A stretch of DNA of 32,000 nucleotides from contig OY969938.1 of NCBI GenBank assembly GCA_963704755.1, positions 480,001-512,000 on the forward strand, read 5' to 3'. A program made the translations under genes and the position numbers. Each line of letters opens with the position of its first letter. Position 1 is the stretch's first letter. Positions 30,851 to 32,000 of the stretch are shown in pieces. Origin of the DNA: an uncultured Chloroflexia bacterium. GTDB lineage: Bacteria; Chloroflexota; Anaerolineae; Anaerolineales; Anaerolineaceae. The notes beneath the pieces are model-generated. The model was given only the letters and a program-made list of their open reading frames with translations. It searched no databases and was not told where the DNA came from.

Positions 30851-32000
30851 ATGATCGATTCTGACGAACGCAATTTACTGTCCAATATCCTTGCCTCCAT
30901 CCAACCGCCCGACGGCCTGGATGAGGCTTTCCATTTAAAGCTGTTGATGAAAGGCGCATTGGCTGCCTTGCAAGCCGACGGCGCACCCGAATCGGTTTTG
31001 ACCCTGGAACAAGCCGCGATCCATGCGCCCGTGCCCGAGATTAGCATCGAAGCCCTGGCCGGCTTGAAAACCCTGGTCGAAAAGGGATCGCGCGATGCCG
31101 TCGCTGCCCTGGCCCGCCTGGCGGTATATCAGGCCAAACCGGATGCCATCGCAGCCCTCAAAGATAAATCCCTCGATCTTACCGATCGTTCCTTGCAAGC
31201 TGCATTCCTTTTTCTTTTCACCTCTCTGGATGACTACACGCAGTTCGATCCGGATTATGAAACACTGGTGGGTTTTTACCTCACGCCTGAGAACAGCACT
31301 ATCCGCGAGCGCATCCGTAATTCAGCCAGCGCCCGCCATCTGGAAAACCTGGCCTGGATTCTGCTGTCCCTGGCCGAGCCCGGGCAGGACGTCCTCGAGC
31401 TGGTCGTCGATCTCTATCCTTCGATGACCCAGGCCGAACGTGATTTGGTCCTGCGCCGTTTTGGACAGTTCGCCCTGGCCGGTGACAGCCCCTTCCGCGA
31501 AGCGGTCTGCCGCCTGGCCATCGCCAGCGAGGAAAACCCCTTCCGCCCGTTTGCTCAGCAGTACGGCCTGGAACCCGAAGATCCCATCCAACGCGCCTTG
31601 TTCTTGTTCCTGACCGAACAGTGGGAACGATACGAGACGGTTGACTTTACCCATAAATACCTGGCCACGGCCTACAGCCTGTCTGACCCGGCCCAGCGGC
31701 GTAGAATTCTTTCTCAGGCTCGTTACGCCGGACAAATCGGATGGTTGGGCCAGGTCGCCCAGCTCCAGGATGTACGCTGGATCCGCGACTTGAGCGACGC
31801 CGACTGGCAATCGGTGGTTCGCCAACTGGTCGATGCGGGCCGCTGGCCTGAATTGTGGCAATTGAGCCAATCCGCACCCGCAGTCTGGTCGGTCGAAATA
31901 TTGAGCCGGCTGGATCAATCCGCTTGGCGGCCGGCAGACGGGGACGAAAGGGCCGGCTTCGCAGAAATTCTCGAGCTGGCCAAAGCCTGTGCTGGCGACC
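30851..32000 (+). CDS. Hypothetical protein, 5' part only (open to the window end), alpha-helical/HEAT-like by composition
   Basis: The ATG lies 4 nt after the radical-SAM stop. I translated the frame by hand and found no stop through nt 32000 (MIDSDERNLLSNILASIQPPDGL...RWPELWQLSQSAPAVWSVEILSRL...). It is missing from the ORF track because it lacks a stop. Confidence 0.6.
   Translation, partial: MIDSDERNLLSNILASIQPPDGLDEAFHLKLLMKGALAALQADGAPESVLTLEQAAIHAPVPEISIEALAGLKTLVEKGSRDAVAALARLAVYQAKPDAIAALKDKSLDLTDRSLQAAFLFLFTSLDDYTQFDPDYETLVGFYLTPENSTIRERIRNSASARHLENLAWILLSLAEPGQDVLELVVDLYPSMTQAERDLVLRRFGQFALAGDSPFREAVCRLAIASEENPFRPFAQQYGLEPEDPIQRALFLFLTEQWERYETVDFTHKYLATAYSLSDPAQRRRILSQARYAGQIGWLGQVAQLQDVRWIRDLSDADWQSVVRQLVDAGRWPELWQLSQSAPAVWSVEILSRLDQSAWRPADGDERAGFAEILELAKACAGD

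Noticed and set aside
30580-31918. Minus-strand ORFs 30580-31047, 30935-31198 and 31322-31918, and plus-strand ORF 31095-31427
   Set aside because: They overlap the radical-SAM gene or the hand-translated open frame 30851->32000. That frame has sensible composition and tight coupling to the operon.
23829-32000. Assigning the host to Cyanobacteria on the basis of DUF1257/DUF2997 and STRR-like heptamers
   Set aside because: I saw no enrichment of the HIP1 octamer GCGATCGC by eye, and as far as I recall the glmS ribozyme is not a cyanobacterial feature. The host phylum is left undetermined (Chloroflexi-like is only a guess).

Overview
The window has three compositionally distinct blocks. GC was judged only by hand counts on single 60-nt lines: about 55% in pglZ, about 32-43% in the island, about 70% in glmS.

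(1) nt 1-6496 is the 3' part of a type-1 BREX operon: pglX C-terminus, an AT-rich frame-broken DUF262/HNH (GmrSD/BrxU-like) insert, pglZ and brxL.

(2) nt ~6500-23800 is an AT-rich island of about 17 kb between brxL and the 3' end of glmS. No integrase, transposase, tRNA or phage structural gene is visible. It holds:
- (a) a tightly packed five-gene plus-strand operon (6591-12682): PemK/MazF-fold protein, sigma-70-like protein, a second PemK-fold protein, a Lon-protease-domain::RNase HIII fusion, and a TPR::cold-shock-domain protein;
- (b) a Zn-ribbon/PLD/SNF2-helicase gene broken at an A6 run, followed by a 1541-aa PD-(D/E)xK nuclease / P-loop NTPase / HEAT-repeat protein (Avs/STAND-like architecture);
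- (c) three small minus-strand genes of unknown function.

(3) nt 23829-32000 is GC-rich, host-like DNA. It contains glmS preceded by a recognisable glmS ribozyme, a repeat-rich divergent intergenic region (44-nt inverted repeats, 7-bp tandem arrays, an 11-bp palindrome), and a translationally coupled operon: Ycf46-like AAA ATPase, Hsp70-like protein, DUF1257, DUF2997, NrdG-like radical-SAM activase, and an unknown protein running off the window.

The best candidate for an undescribed system is the five-gene operon at 6591-12682, especially its Lon::RNase HIII fusion. The PLD-SNF2 plus giant NTPase pair is the second candidate, and the AAA-Hsp70-DUF1257-DUF2997-rSAM operon the third. All family assignments come from motif recognition by eye; no database search was run.
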